This document shows, piece by piece, positions 57,311 through 64,000 of a stretch of 64,000 nt of DNA; the first letter of the stretch is position 1, and each line of letters starts with the position of its first letter. Under the pieces are notes generated by a model, which ran no database searches, was not told where the DNA came from, and was given only the letters and a program-made list of their open reading frames with translations. A program made the position numbers and the translations under genes. Origin of the DNA: Candidatus Kapaibacterium sp. (lineage in GTDB: Bacteria; Bacteroidota; Ignavibacteria; Kapaibacteriales; Kapaibacteriaceae); assembly GCA_018882895.1 (NCBI GenBank), contig VERF01000001.1, forward strand, positions 27,286 through 91,285. The letters run 5' to 3'.

Positions 57311-58968
57311 GCAGGTACATCCGCACAATTTCCCGAGTCACTTTCTCTGATGTGGCATGGTTGCCAGGACTGTTGATTCTGTCTGCAGTGATGCTGTCCT
57401 CAGTGGTCGCATTCGCTCAGAACCCGACGCCACCGCAGCCAAATGCGCCGCTCGAGCTGCCTGATTTCCTTGTCACCGGCAAGGCCGTCGTGGACGTGGC
57501 TGCCGGGGCCAAGCACCTTCCGTCAAAACCGCCGACATTCTCTTTGGGCGAACTGGATTCACTGAACCCCACTGAGAAGCTGCCACCTCCATTGGCCGCG
57601 CGTCGCCCCTTGCCTCTTTTCTCCCGCATCGACGCATCGGTCCCGGGCTACGTGGCGGTCGACGCCGGAGCATACCTTACGCCGTCGGTGTTGGCAGGAT
57701 ACTCTGCGCGTTCCGGCGGGTACACGCTGGATATGTCCGGTGGACTCGAGCATTCTCAGGGCTGGGTAGATGGGGCAGGATACACCACAGCGCAGGCTCG
57801 ACTCAACACGTCGTACGTCGCTCCTGATAAGTTCTTGTTCTTTGGCAAGGGGCTGACCGAGACTGATTTACGGGTGAGGAATCAATCGTATACCCTCTAT
57901 GGCGACACGGCCATGCTGGAGCGATCAAGTCTTGCATTATCGGCGGCACTGACCACTGAGGCCAAGGTTGACAGTGTGTCGGTCCTGGGGTCCTTCGGAT
58001 GGTCACGCCTGGGCCTGCAGACGAGTGCGAGTGATATGCTTCCTGGCGCAGAAGCAACGGACAATGCACTAAGTGCCAACATCTCTGCCACCTGGCTTGG
58101 TTCTCAGATTCACTCTTCGGTGAATCTCGACCTGCGCATGCAGTCTCTCAACGGTTCTTCATACTCGTTCTTTGAAGCAGGCTACGGTATGAGGATGCAG
58201 AGCCATGACTGGTCGGTGGCCGCATCGGCGGCGCCACAGATTGCATCAGCAAGCAGTGGGGACGGACGATATGGCTTGGCCCTGCGCGCCTCTGCAGAGA
58301 CATCTCCGTGGCTTCACTCGGTGTTCCGGGCCGAGGTCAGCTCGGGCATGCGCAGTTCATCGTATGCTGAGCTGGCTCGCATCAACCCGTACCTGAGCGA
58401 TTCGGTGGCCATAGACCATGCCTACGATCGCATTGCGGCCCGCGCGTCGCTGCGCTTCACGCCAAGCCTGGCAACGAGCCTGGTGGGTTCGATCGAGTTC
58501 CGATCCACTGCGCGTGAGCTCGTTTGGCAGGATGCACCGGATGGTCGGTTTACCCCGTCCTTTCGGTCTGTCACGTCTCTTCGTGCCGGCATTGAAGGGG
58601 CGATCTCGGTCACTCCGCGTGATATCGTAATGGGCGAGCTGAACCTAACTTCGGCAGCAACCGACTCATCGGGTCAGCAGACCTATGTACCGCTTGTTCA
58701 GGCTACTATTGGATACGAGCGACTCTGGATGACCGATCTGCGGTCGATGATTTCTTTGCTCTACGTGGGGCAGCGCTGGACAGACCTTGCCAATTCTCGC
58801 AGCATCGACGCGTTCATAGACCTGCGGGCATCGCTGACCTATACCATCAACAAGTCGTTCGATGTGCAGCTGACAGGGGAGAATCTCGTCAACAGCAGCG
58901 TGTTCCTGTGGAACAACTACCGTGGGCGGGGTATTTTTGTGAGTATTGGACTACTGTGGAAGTTCTGA
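57307..58968 (+). CDS. Predicted outer-membrane beta-barrel protein
   Basis: Signal peptide (LLILSAVMLSSVVAFAQ), alternating amphipathic beta-strand pattern, C-terminal ...GIFVSIGLLWKF (terminal aromatic); ATGA overlap with upstream TPR gene. Confidence 0.6.
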   Translation: MSRYIRTISRVTFSDVAWLPGLLILSAVMLSSVVAFAQNPTPPQPNAPLELPDFLVTGKAVVDVAAGAKHLPSKPPTFSLGELDSLNPTEKLPPPLAARRPLPLFSRIDASVPGYVAVDAGAYLTPSVLAGYSARSGGYTLDMSGGLEHSQGWVDGAGYTTAQARLNTSYVAPDKFLFFGKGLTETDLRVRNQSYTLYGDTAMLERSSLALSAALTTEAKVDSVSVLGSFGWSRLGLQTSASDMLPGAEATDNALSANISATWLGSQIHSSVNLDLRMQSLNGSSYSFFEAGYGMRMQSHDWSVAASAAPQIASASSGDGRYGLALRASAETSPWLHSVFRAEVSSGMRSSSYAELARINPYLSDSVAIDHAYDRIAARASLRFTPSLATSLVGSIEFRSTARELVWQDAPDGRFTPSFRSVTSLRAGIEGAISVTPRDIVMGELNLTSAATDSSGQQTYVPLVQATIGYERLWMTDLRSMISLLYVGQRWTDLANSRSIDAFIDLRASLTYTINKSFDVQLTGENLVNSSVFLWNNYRGRGIFVSIGLLWKF

Positions 58969-58971
58969 CCT

Positions 58972-60042
58972 ATGGACACCAAAGATCCCGTCTGGGACGA
59001 TGACGAACCCGGGTTGGTCGGAGATGGATTCCGACCCAGCCAGGAGACGTCTTTTCCGGAAACCGAACCGCCGATTGCCGCTGAGGAACAACAATCATCA
59101 GTCGAAGCGCCTGCATCTGATACCGAGCAGCCTGAGATCGGCAACGTTGAGCCCGCAGAGACTGTCCAGGATGAACCCTCGGCTGCTTCTGATTCTGTGC
59201 CGCCGGTAGTGTCGGAAATTCCCAAACCACAGTCAGGGCGCGCACGCGTGGAGTCCGTCAGTGGACTGAGCAATCCCGTTCCAGGGGGAGGTCGATCCTC
59301 GAGTTCTACGCGACGTGGCGGCGATCGGAGCTCGACAGGGCTGGTGATCATCGCACTGCTACTTTTCGTGATCAGCATCATCAGCGTTTCGGTCTATTTC
59401 TTCTCTCGCCCGGCCGAGAGCGGTGGCCAGGAAACGGTCGCCGATCAGTCCGCAACGGAGCAATCTGACGCATCCGGCGATGCGGCACAGAGCTCAGCGG
59501 GCACGTCGGCATCGTCGACTTCTTCTGACACATCAGCGCAAGCCCCCTCCGAAATAGCCGATCAATCAGTTCCGCCCCCGCCGGCTCCTGCCGGTGCCAA
59601 CGCGAGCAAGTCGTCGGTGCCTGCTACATCAGCCGTAGATGCGTCGGCTCGCGAGTCAAAACCCTCAAGAATTGCTTCCCCAAAGGACTTGGCAGATCGG
59701 AATGCAGCACCAATGGATCGTGTGCCACCGGCTGCGCGTGAACAGCGCCAATCACAACCTCCCCAAGAGGCAGTGGCTCCCTTGAAGACTTCGAAATCGG
59801 CCGGTGCCGCCGGAGCTCAATGGGTTGTGCAGGTACACTCGAGCCCATCGATCGACGATGCGGACGAATGGCTGCAGAAGCTGCAGTCGCGAAATATCGC
59901 CGACGGCCGCATTGAACCTGTCACGCAGAAGGGTTCGGTGTGGTATCGTGTTCGATTTGGGCGATATCCCACACGTCAGGAGGCCGAGCAGGCAGCCCTG
60001 GAGATGGGCTACCGAAACGCATGGGTCGATAGGATTCGATGA
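58972..60042 (+). CDS. SPOR-domain protein (bitopic; acidic cytoplasmic N-terminus, single TM, S/A-rich linker, C-terminal SPOR peptidoglycan-binding domain)
   Basis: TM LVIIALLLFVISIISVSVYFF; C-terminal AQWVVQVHSSPSIDDADEWLQKLQSRNI...VWYRVRFGRYPTRQEAEQAALEMGY matches SPOR fold pattern. Confidence 0.7.
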   Translation: MDTKDPVWDDDEPGLVGDGFRPSQETSFPETEPPIAAEEQQSSVEAPASDTEQPEIGNVEPAETVQDEPSAASDSVPPVVSEIPKPQSGRARVESVSGLSNPVPGGGRSSSSTRRGGDRSSTGLVIIALLLFVISIISVSVYFFSRPAESGGQETVADQSATEQSDASGDAAQSSAGTSASSTSSDTSAQAPSEIADQSVPPPPAPAGANASKSSVPATSAVDASARESKPSRIASPKDLADRNAAPMDRVPPAAREQRQSQPPQEAVAPLKTSKSAGAAGAQWVVQVHSSPSIDDADEWLQKLQSRNIADGRIEPVTQKGSVWYRVRFGRYPTRQEAEQAALEMGYRNAWVDRIR

Positions 60043-60791
60043 CACGGTACGTCGATCAGCCGACGATCAGCATTCGCCTTAGTTGGAGCCCGAACACGGT
60101 GCGTGGCTTTATCGGCGCCGTTCTGATCATGGGTGTCATATTGTCGTTTCTCACCTGCACGCGAATTGAACCCGATCCGATCTTTATACCCAAGACAACG
60201 CCGGTAACGTTGCTGGTACTCGGAAGCGGTGACGGAACCGGCCTGCGAAAGGGGAACCTAACTGCTGAAGGTGCCGCACAGCGCGGAGCCGAGTCGAAAG
60301 ACCCACTAGTCGATGCCACGAAGAGTAGCGCAGGTGCATCAAAGTCGGTCACCGATCCTGCACTTGCCTCGAAGTTCATACCAAAGGATGACGCCGGTAG
60401 GGCTGGAAAGACAAGCACTTCAGAGTCTTCGGCGGATCAATCGATAGGATCTTCCAAAGGAACTGACGAAGGAACGGGGCTTGGAGAACTCGGTGTTGGC
60501 CGCGGCAAGGGTGATGGATTCGGTGACATCGACTGGGGAGGTGGAGGCAATCGGACGGTGGTCACGAAGATCATTCCAACCTTTCCTCCCGGAGTGCTCG
60601 ACACGAAGATCAAGGTTCGATTCAGGGTCGCTCCCAATGGAACCGTCACGATGGCGTGGCCTGAAAAGAAGGGCGGCAACCGCATGGTGGAGCAAGCAGC
60701 GATCGCAGCACTCATGCGGTGGAGATTCAATCGTTTGACAACGTCAACCGAGATGGAGGGCGTCATCACATTTCTGGTCAACTACCGATGA
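60039..60791 (+). CDS. TonB-family energy transducer-like protein (N-terminal TM anchor, Gly-rich linker, C-terminal TonB domain)
   Basis: TM GFIGAVLIMGVILSFL; C-terminal IIPTFPPGVLDTKIKVRFRVAPNGTVTMAWPEKKGGNRMVEQAAIAALMRWRF; ATGA overlaps at both ends. Confidence 0.65.
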   Translation: MTRYVDQPTISIRLSWSPNTVRGFIGAVLIMGVILSFLTCTRIEPDPIFIPKTTPVTLLVLGSGDGTGLRKGNLTAEGAAQRGAESKDPLVDATKSSAGASKSVTDPALASKFIPKDDAGRAGKTSTSESSADQSIGSSKGTDEGTGLGELGVGRGKGDGFGDIDWGGGGNRTVVTKIIPTFPPGVLDTKIKVRFRVAPNGTVTMAWPEKKGGNRMVEQAAIAALMRWRFNRLTTSTEMEGVITFLVNYR

Positions 60792-60970
60792 TCGCAGCGT
60801 TGATCACTCTCTACAGCACGGCACCGGAGTTCGTAAAAATCCTGGTCGTTCTTCTGGTGATAAGTCTTGTGCTGTCCATCATCAAGAAACTCGTCAAGAT
60901 CGCACTCTTGGTCACCACGCTGATCGTGCTCATTTTTGTGGTCCGGTATCTGATGGCATCAATGCCCTAG
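60788..60970 (+). CDS. Small hydrophobic membrane protein (60 aa, two predicted TM helices)
   Basis: MIAALITLYSTAPEFVKILVVLLVISLVLSIIKKLVKIALLVTTLIVLIFVVRYLMASMP; start ATG overlaps TonB-like stop (ATGA). Confidence 0.5.
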   Translation: MIAALITLYSTAPEFVKILVVLLVISLVLSIIKKLVKIALLVTTLIVLIFVVRYLMASMP

Positions 60971-61009
60971 TCAGGCCGGAACCACGATTCACTGCAAGAA
61001 AGAGACCCC

Positions 61010-62353
61010 ATGTCGCATAAGGTTGCGGTCATCGGAACGGGATATGTTGGCCTGGTCACCGGAGCGTGCCTTGCCGACGTCGGAAACGACGTGCTCTGCA
61101 TTGATGTTGACCCCTCGAAGATCGAGCGCATGCGTCGCGGAGAAGTCCCGATCTATGAGCCTGGTCTGGACGTTGTGCTGCATCGGACGTTGCGAGAGGG
61201 GCGCATCCGCTTTTCGCTTGACTTGGATGTTGCCGTTCGTGAATGTGATCTGTTGATGTTCTGCTTGCCAACCCCTCCGGGCAAGGACGGGCAGGCCGAT
61301 CTCGACATGGTTATCTCCACGGCTCATCGCGTTGCCGAACTTCTCAACGAGCTCAACATCACCGAGCCCCGCATCGTGGTCAACAAGAGTACCGTTCCGG
61401 TCGGCACCGCGGCCCTGGTGCAGGAAATCTTTACGCGTGTGGCACCGAAGCGTCATGTTGATGTGGTCAGCAATCCGGAGTTCTTGCGTGAAGGCTTTGC
61501 TGTGGAAGACTTCATGAGGCCCGACCGCATCGTGGTGGGCACCAGCAGCAGTTACGCTGCCGAACGTATGCACAGTCTTTACCGGCCCTTTACGGACCGC
61601 GGAGCGACTCTCTTGATCTTCGATGAAAAGAGCTCGGAGGTCACCAAGTATGCTGCCAATTCCTTCCTGGCCACGAAGATCTCGTTCATGAATGACCTGT
61701 CCGAGTACTGTGAAGCCGTTGGTGCCGATATCGAGAATATCCGCATCGGCATCGGAATCGATCCTCGCATCGGCAGTCGCTTCCTCAATGCCGGAATAGG
61801 GTATGGTGGGAGCTGCTTCCCGAAAGACGTCAAGGCCATCATCCATGCAGCATCGGAGGCCGGTACGCCCCTTGAGGTGATCCAAGCAGCAAAGGTTGTC
61901 AATGACCATCAGGTGCGCCGGTTCACCGGACGCGTTGTTGCTCGGTTCGACGGTGATATGTCGGGCAAGCGCGTTGCACTCTGGGGTCTGGCATTTAAGC
62001 CTGACACCGACGACGTCCGCGAAGCCCCCTCATTTGTGATCATTGACCGTCTTCTCTCTGAAGGGGCCACCGTGGTGGCGTTCGATCCCGAGGCGCGCGA
62101 AACGACCCAAAGGGTTATCGGAGATCGCATTACGTATGCAGAAGATGCGTACGCGGCTCTTCAAGGGGCAGACGTGCTTATCATAGCTACTGAGTGGCAG
62201 GAGTTTCGTGATCCTGATTTCACACGAATGAGATCGCTGCTGACAGCCCCAATCGTATTCGACGGAAGGAATATTTACAACCCTCAGGAAATGGTCGAAA
62301 GGGGCTTCGAGTATCACTCGGTTGGCCGAGGATCGGTGTATCCCGAGAGCTGA
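61010..62353 (+). CDS. ugd: UDP-glucose 6-dehydrogenase / nucleotide-sugar dehydrogenase
   Basis: Rossmann N-terminus MSHKVAVIGTGYVGLVTGACLADVGNDV, catalytic Cys region GGSCFPKDV. Confidence 0.9.
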   Translation: MSHKVAVIGTGYVGLVTGACLADVGNDVLCIDVDPSKIERMRRGEVPIYEPGLDVVLHRTLREGRIRFSLDLDVAVRECDLLMFCLPTPPGKDGQADLDMVISTAHRVAELLNELNITEPRIVVNKSTVPVGTAALVQEIFTRVAPKRHVDVVSNPEFLREGFAVEDFMRPDRIVVGTSSSYAAERMHSLYRPFTDRGATLLIFDEKSSEVTKYAANSFLATKISFMNDLSEYCEAVGADIENIRIGIGIDPRIGSRFLNAGIGYGGSCFPKDVKAIIHAASEAGTPLEVIQAAKVVNDHQVRRFTGRVVARFDGDMSGKRVALWGLAFKPDTDDVREAPSFVIIDRLLSEGATVVAFDPEARETTQRVIGDRITYAEDAYAALQGADVLIIATEWQEFRDPDFTRMRSLLTAPIVFDGRNIYNPQEMVERGFEYHSVGRGSVYPES

Positions 62354-62354
62354 A

Positions 62355-63917
62355 TCAGACCTTTCGACGTGGCGCGAGATTCCTGCCCCTGAGAGCTCTG
62401 AATGCTCTCATCTGTCGGCGCGTGCGCCATGCACGAACGAGTTTGAGCCAGAAGATCCTCAGCAACAGCGCCAGAGACATGCGTTTACCGATGCTGCCGG
62501 AGTCGAGCATGTTGCGCAGCTGAGCACGCTCTAACTCACTGATTGGCATATCGTCGCTGCTTGACGAGGGTTTATTGAGAATATGGTCAAGCATCTGCTC
62601 GAGCTCTTGGGCAGCATCCTTGAATCGTTGAGCATCGATCTTGTTGTAGCGCATCAGCAGAACGAGGTGGTCATACAGGATGGCCGCCCTTTTGATGTCC
62701 TCCACTTGACGCTCTGAACGCAGGGATTCGAGTAATGACTCGGCAAGTTCCTCGAACTCGGCAACCTTCTCTTCAGGCAGGGAGAACATCTCATCCGGGG
62801 CGATGTCGTCGACACTCACATAGACAGTGCTCAGCTTACGGATCTCATCACCGTAATGTTCGGCCAGAACAGCCCCGTACTTGCTGGTCTGCTGTGAGAT
62901 CTGATTTTGAACGTGACCGATCTGAGCGCGCAGCGAGTCCAGGCGCATCTTACCTGTGGTGGCGCTGAGCTGACTTTCGAGGTCACGGCGCTGCTTGAAC
63001 AACTCGCGGATACGCACTGCCTCGGGTGCATTGGAGCTGGCCACCATGCCCTCGACAACCACTGCGTCGACCTGCAATCTTGCGCTGCCGATCTTGACGG
63101 TGTTGACCGTGATCTGCCCGCCCAGCTGTCCACGTAGGTGATCAAGATCGATATGCGCAACACCGTCGGTGACGACAAGAATCTGAGCATGACTCAGCTG
63201 GCTCTCGTGCGAGATGTCATCGATCGCCGTCTGCAAGGCCTTTTGCAATGACGTTCCATTACCGACGGCCTTGACGTGCATTACCGTGCTGATAAGATGG
63301 TCATATGACGGTATGTCGCGGGCCGTCATTAGTTCTCCGACCTGCAGATCGAACGTCCTGAAAAAGATCGTGCCAAGTTCGCGTTGGTTCTGCCGAAGGA
63401 ACATGTAAACAATGGCCTTGGCTAGATGAATACGATAATGATGCTGCATCGAATTCGACGTATCGAAAAGGATGTAGACCTTCTGCTTGCGATCGTCCGG
63501 GGCAAAGCGATTCGATTCCGACTGATATCGGAAATTCCTGGGTTGCTTTGCGCGGGGCATCCACAAGGAGCGCTCGGCAAGCTTTCGAAGGAAGACGGTC
63601 TCGGGCAACAGGAACTGCGCCGGATAGATGTACCGCACCTCACTGACCGCCGCAATGAGGTCTGCCTCATATTCCTTCGCCTCAGGTACGTGCGGAACGA
63701 GGATATGCTCGGTCGAGGCATCCACGGCCGATGGATCATTCAGCTCCATGATCGGCGCCAGTGAGCGCGAAATGGCATGCGTCGCATCCTCGATGATGCG
63801 CGCTATCTCATAGATGATCGTGAACTCGTCGGGGAGATGCTCCTCGACGGTATCGAAGAACCCGAACTCCTCCATTCGTGAGAAAAACGTGGACGTTTCG
63901 AGAACGGAGCGAGCCAT
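62355..63917 (-). CDS. von Willebrand factor A (VWA) domain protein with long coiled-coil region; start at ATG 63917
   Basis: VWA MIDAS-type motif KVYILFDTSNSM and ILVVTDGVAHID; heptad-rich segment QRRDLESQLSATTGKMRLDSLRAQIGHVQNQISQQ. Confidence 0.7.
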   Translation of the reverse strand: MARSVLETSTFFSRMEEFGFFDTVEEHLPDEFTIIYEIARIIEDATHAISRSLAPIMELNDPSAVDASTEHILVPHVPEAKEYEADLIAAVSEVRYIYPAQFLLPETVFLRKLAERSLWMPRAKQPRNFRYQSESNRFAPDDRKQKVYILFDTSNSMQHHYRIHLAKAIVYMFLRQNQRELGTIFFRTFDLQVGELMTARDIPSYDHLISTVMHVKAVGNGTSLQKALQTAIDDISHESQLSHAQILVVTDGVAHIDLDHLRGQLGGQITVNTVKIGSARLQVDAVVVEGMVASSNAPEAVRIRELFKQRRDLESQLSATTGKMRLDSLRAQIGHVQNQISQQTSKYGAVLAEHYGDEIRKLSTVYVSVDDIAPDEMFSLPEEKVAEFEELAESLLESLRSERQVEDIKRAAILYDHLVLLMRYNKIDAQRFKDAAQELEQMLDHILNKPSSSSDDMPISELERAQLRNMLDSGSIGKRMSLALLLRIFWLKLVRAWRTRRQMRAFRALRGRNLAPRRKV

Positions 63918-63918
63918 T

Positions 63919-64000
63919 TCAGTTGCGTTCGATTCGCTGCAGTTCGCGTTCGACGGTGATAAGCGTCGACTGAAGGGCGAGTTCAACAGAGTGCTTCAAC
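63919..64000 (-). CDS. 3' end (last 26 codons) of an upstream gene truncated by the window edge; product unknown
   Basis: Open frame ...LKHSVELALQSTLITVERELQRIERN-stop ending 2 nt before the VWA start codon. Confidence 0.3.
   Translation of the reverse strand, partial: LKHSVELALQSTLITVERELQRIERN

Noticed and set aside
1-64000. CRISPR arrays, transposases/IS elements, integrases, phage genes
   Set aside because: No spaced direct repeats other than the heptamer array (which has no spacers), no inverted terminal repeats, and no transposase/integrase/recombinase-like ORFs. The window looks like core chromosome.

Overview
This 64-kb window is a chromosomal, mostly housekeeping segment of a GC-rich (roughly 58-60%) bacterium. 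The organism is probably in the Bacteroidota/Rhodothermota (FCB) lineage. Four observations support this: (1) a type III glutamine synthetase; (2) a fused CcoNO cbb3 oxidase and a secreted giant protein with a T9SS C-terminal sorting domain; (3) TopA with a lysine/alanine-rich C-terminal tail; and (4) recurrent TAnnTTTG motifs upstream of many genes with no Shine-Dalgarno sequences, which is the Bacteroidota-type sigma-A -7 element.

I call 51 complete CDSs and one partial CDS at the right edge, one tRNA-Ser(GCT), two Rho-independent terminators, one terminator-or-operator hairpin, several -7 promoter boxes and one tandem repeat. Starts were refined by hand from the ORF track using signal peptides, conserved N-termini and 4-nt ATGA overlaps.

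Main identified blocks:
- mtgA / lrp / glnN (type III GS)
- fur -> topA
- speA
- an OmpA/TolB-like protein plus a 1333-aa BNR/PKD/LamG T9SS cargo protein
- a five-gene operon: lipoprotein, ribD, TPR protein, a 939-aa beta-roll-like/HEAT secreted protein, rqcH
- purine nucleoside phosphorylase paralog / yicC / gmk / a fused E1 alpha-beta dehydrogenase
- a ten-gene cbb3 oxidase biogenesis cluster headed by an Rrf2 regulator (rrf2, ccoI, ccoS, ccoNO, ccoQ, ccoP, ccoG, fixH, TauE-like, cytochrome c)
- split E1 alpha / E1 beta
- two LPS-type glycosyltransferases
- aspS, DUF1460 protein, lplA-like protein, tyrS, smpB, tRNA-Ser, mutS, hslO
- pta / beta-propeller lipoprotein / punA / trhO
- a five-gene envelope operon: TPR lipoprotein, OM beta-barrel, SPOR protein, TonB-like protein, 60-aa membrane protein
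- ugd and a VWA protein

No CRISPR array, transposase, integrase or phage genes were seen. No complete novel multi-gene system could be demonstrated from sequence alone. The most unusual items are:
- a ~265-bp array of 37 heptanucleotide repeats (TCCTCCG/TCATCCG) filling the smpB-tyrS spacer
- a perfect 27-bp palindrome in the mtgA/lrp divergent promoter, and symmetric paired -7 boxes between trhO and the TPR operon
- the uncharacterised secreted beta-roll-like/HEAT protein operon, and the TPR-OMP-SPOR-TonB operon
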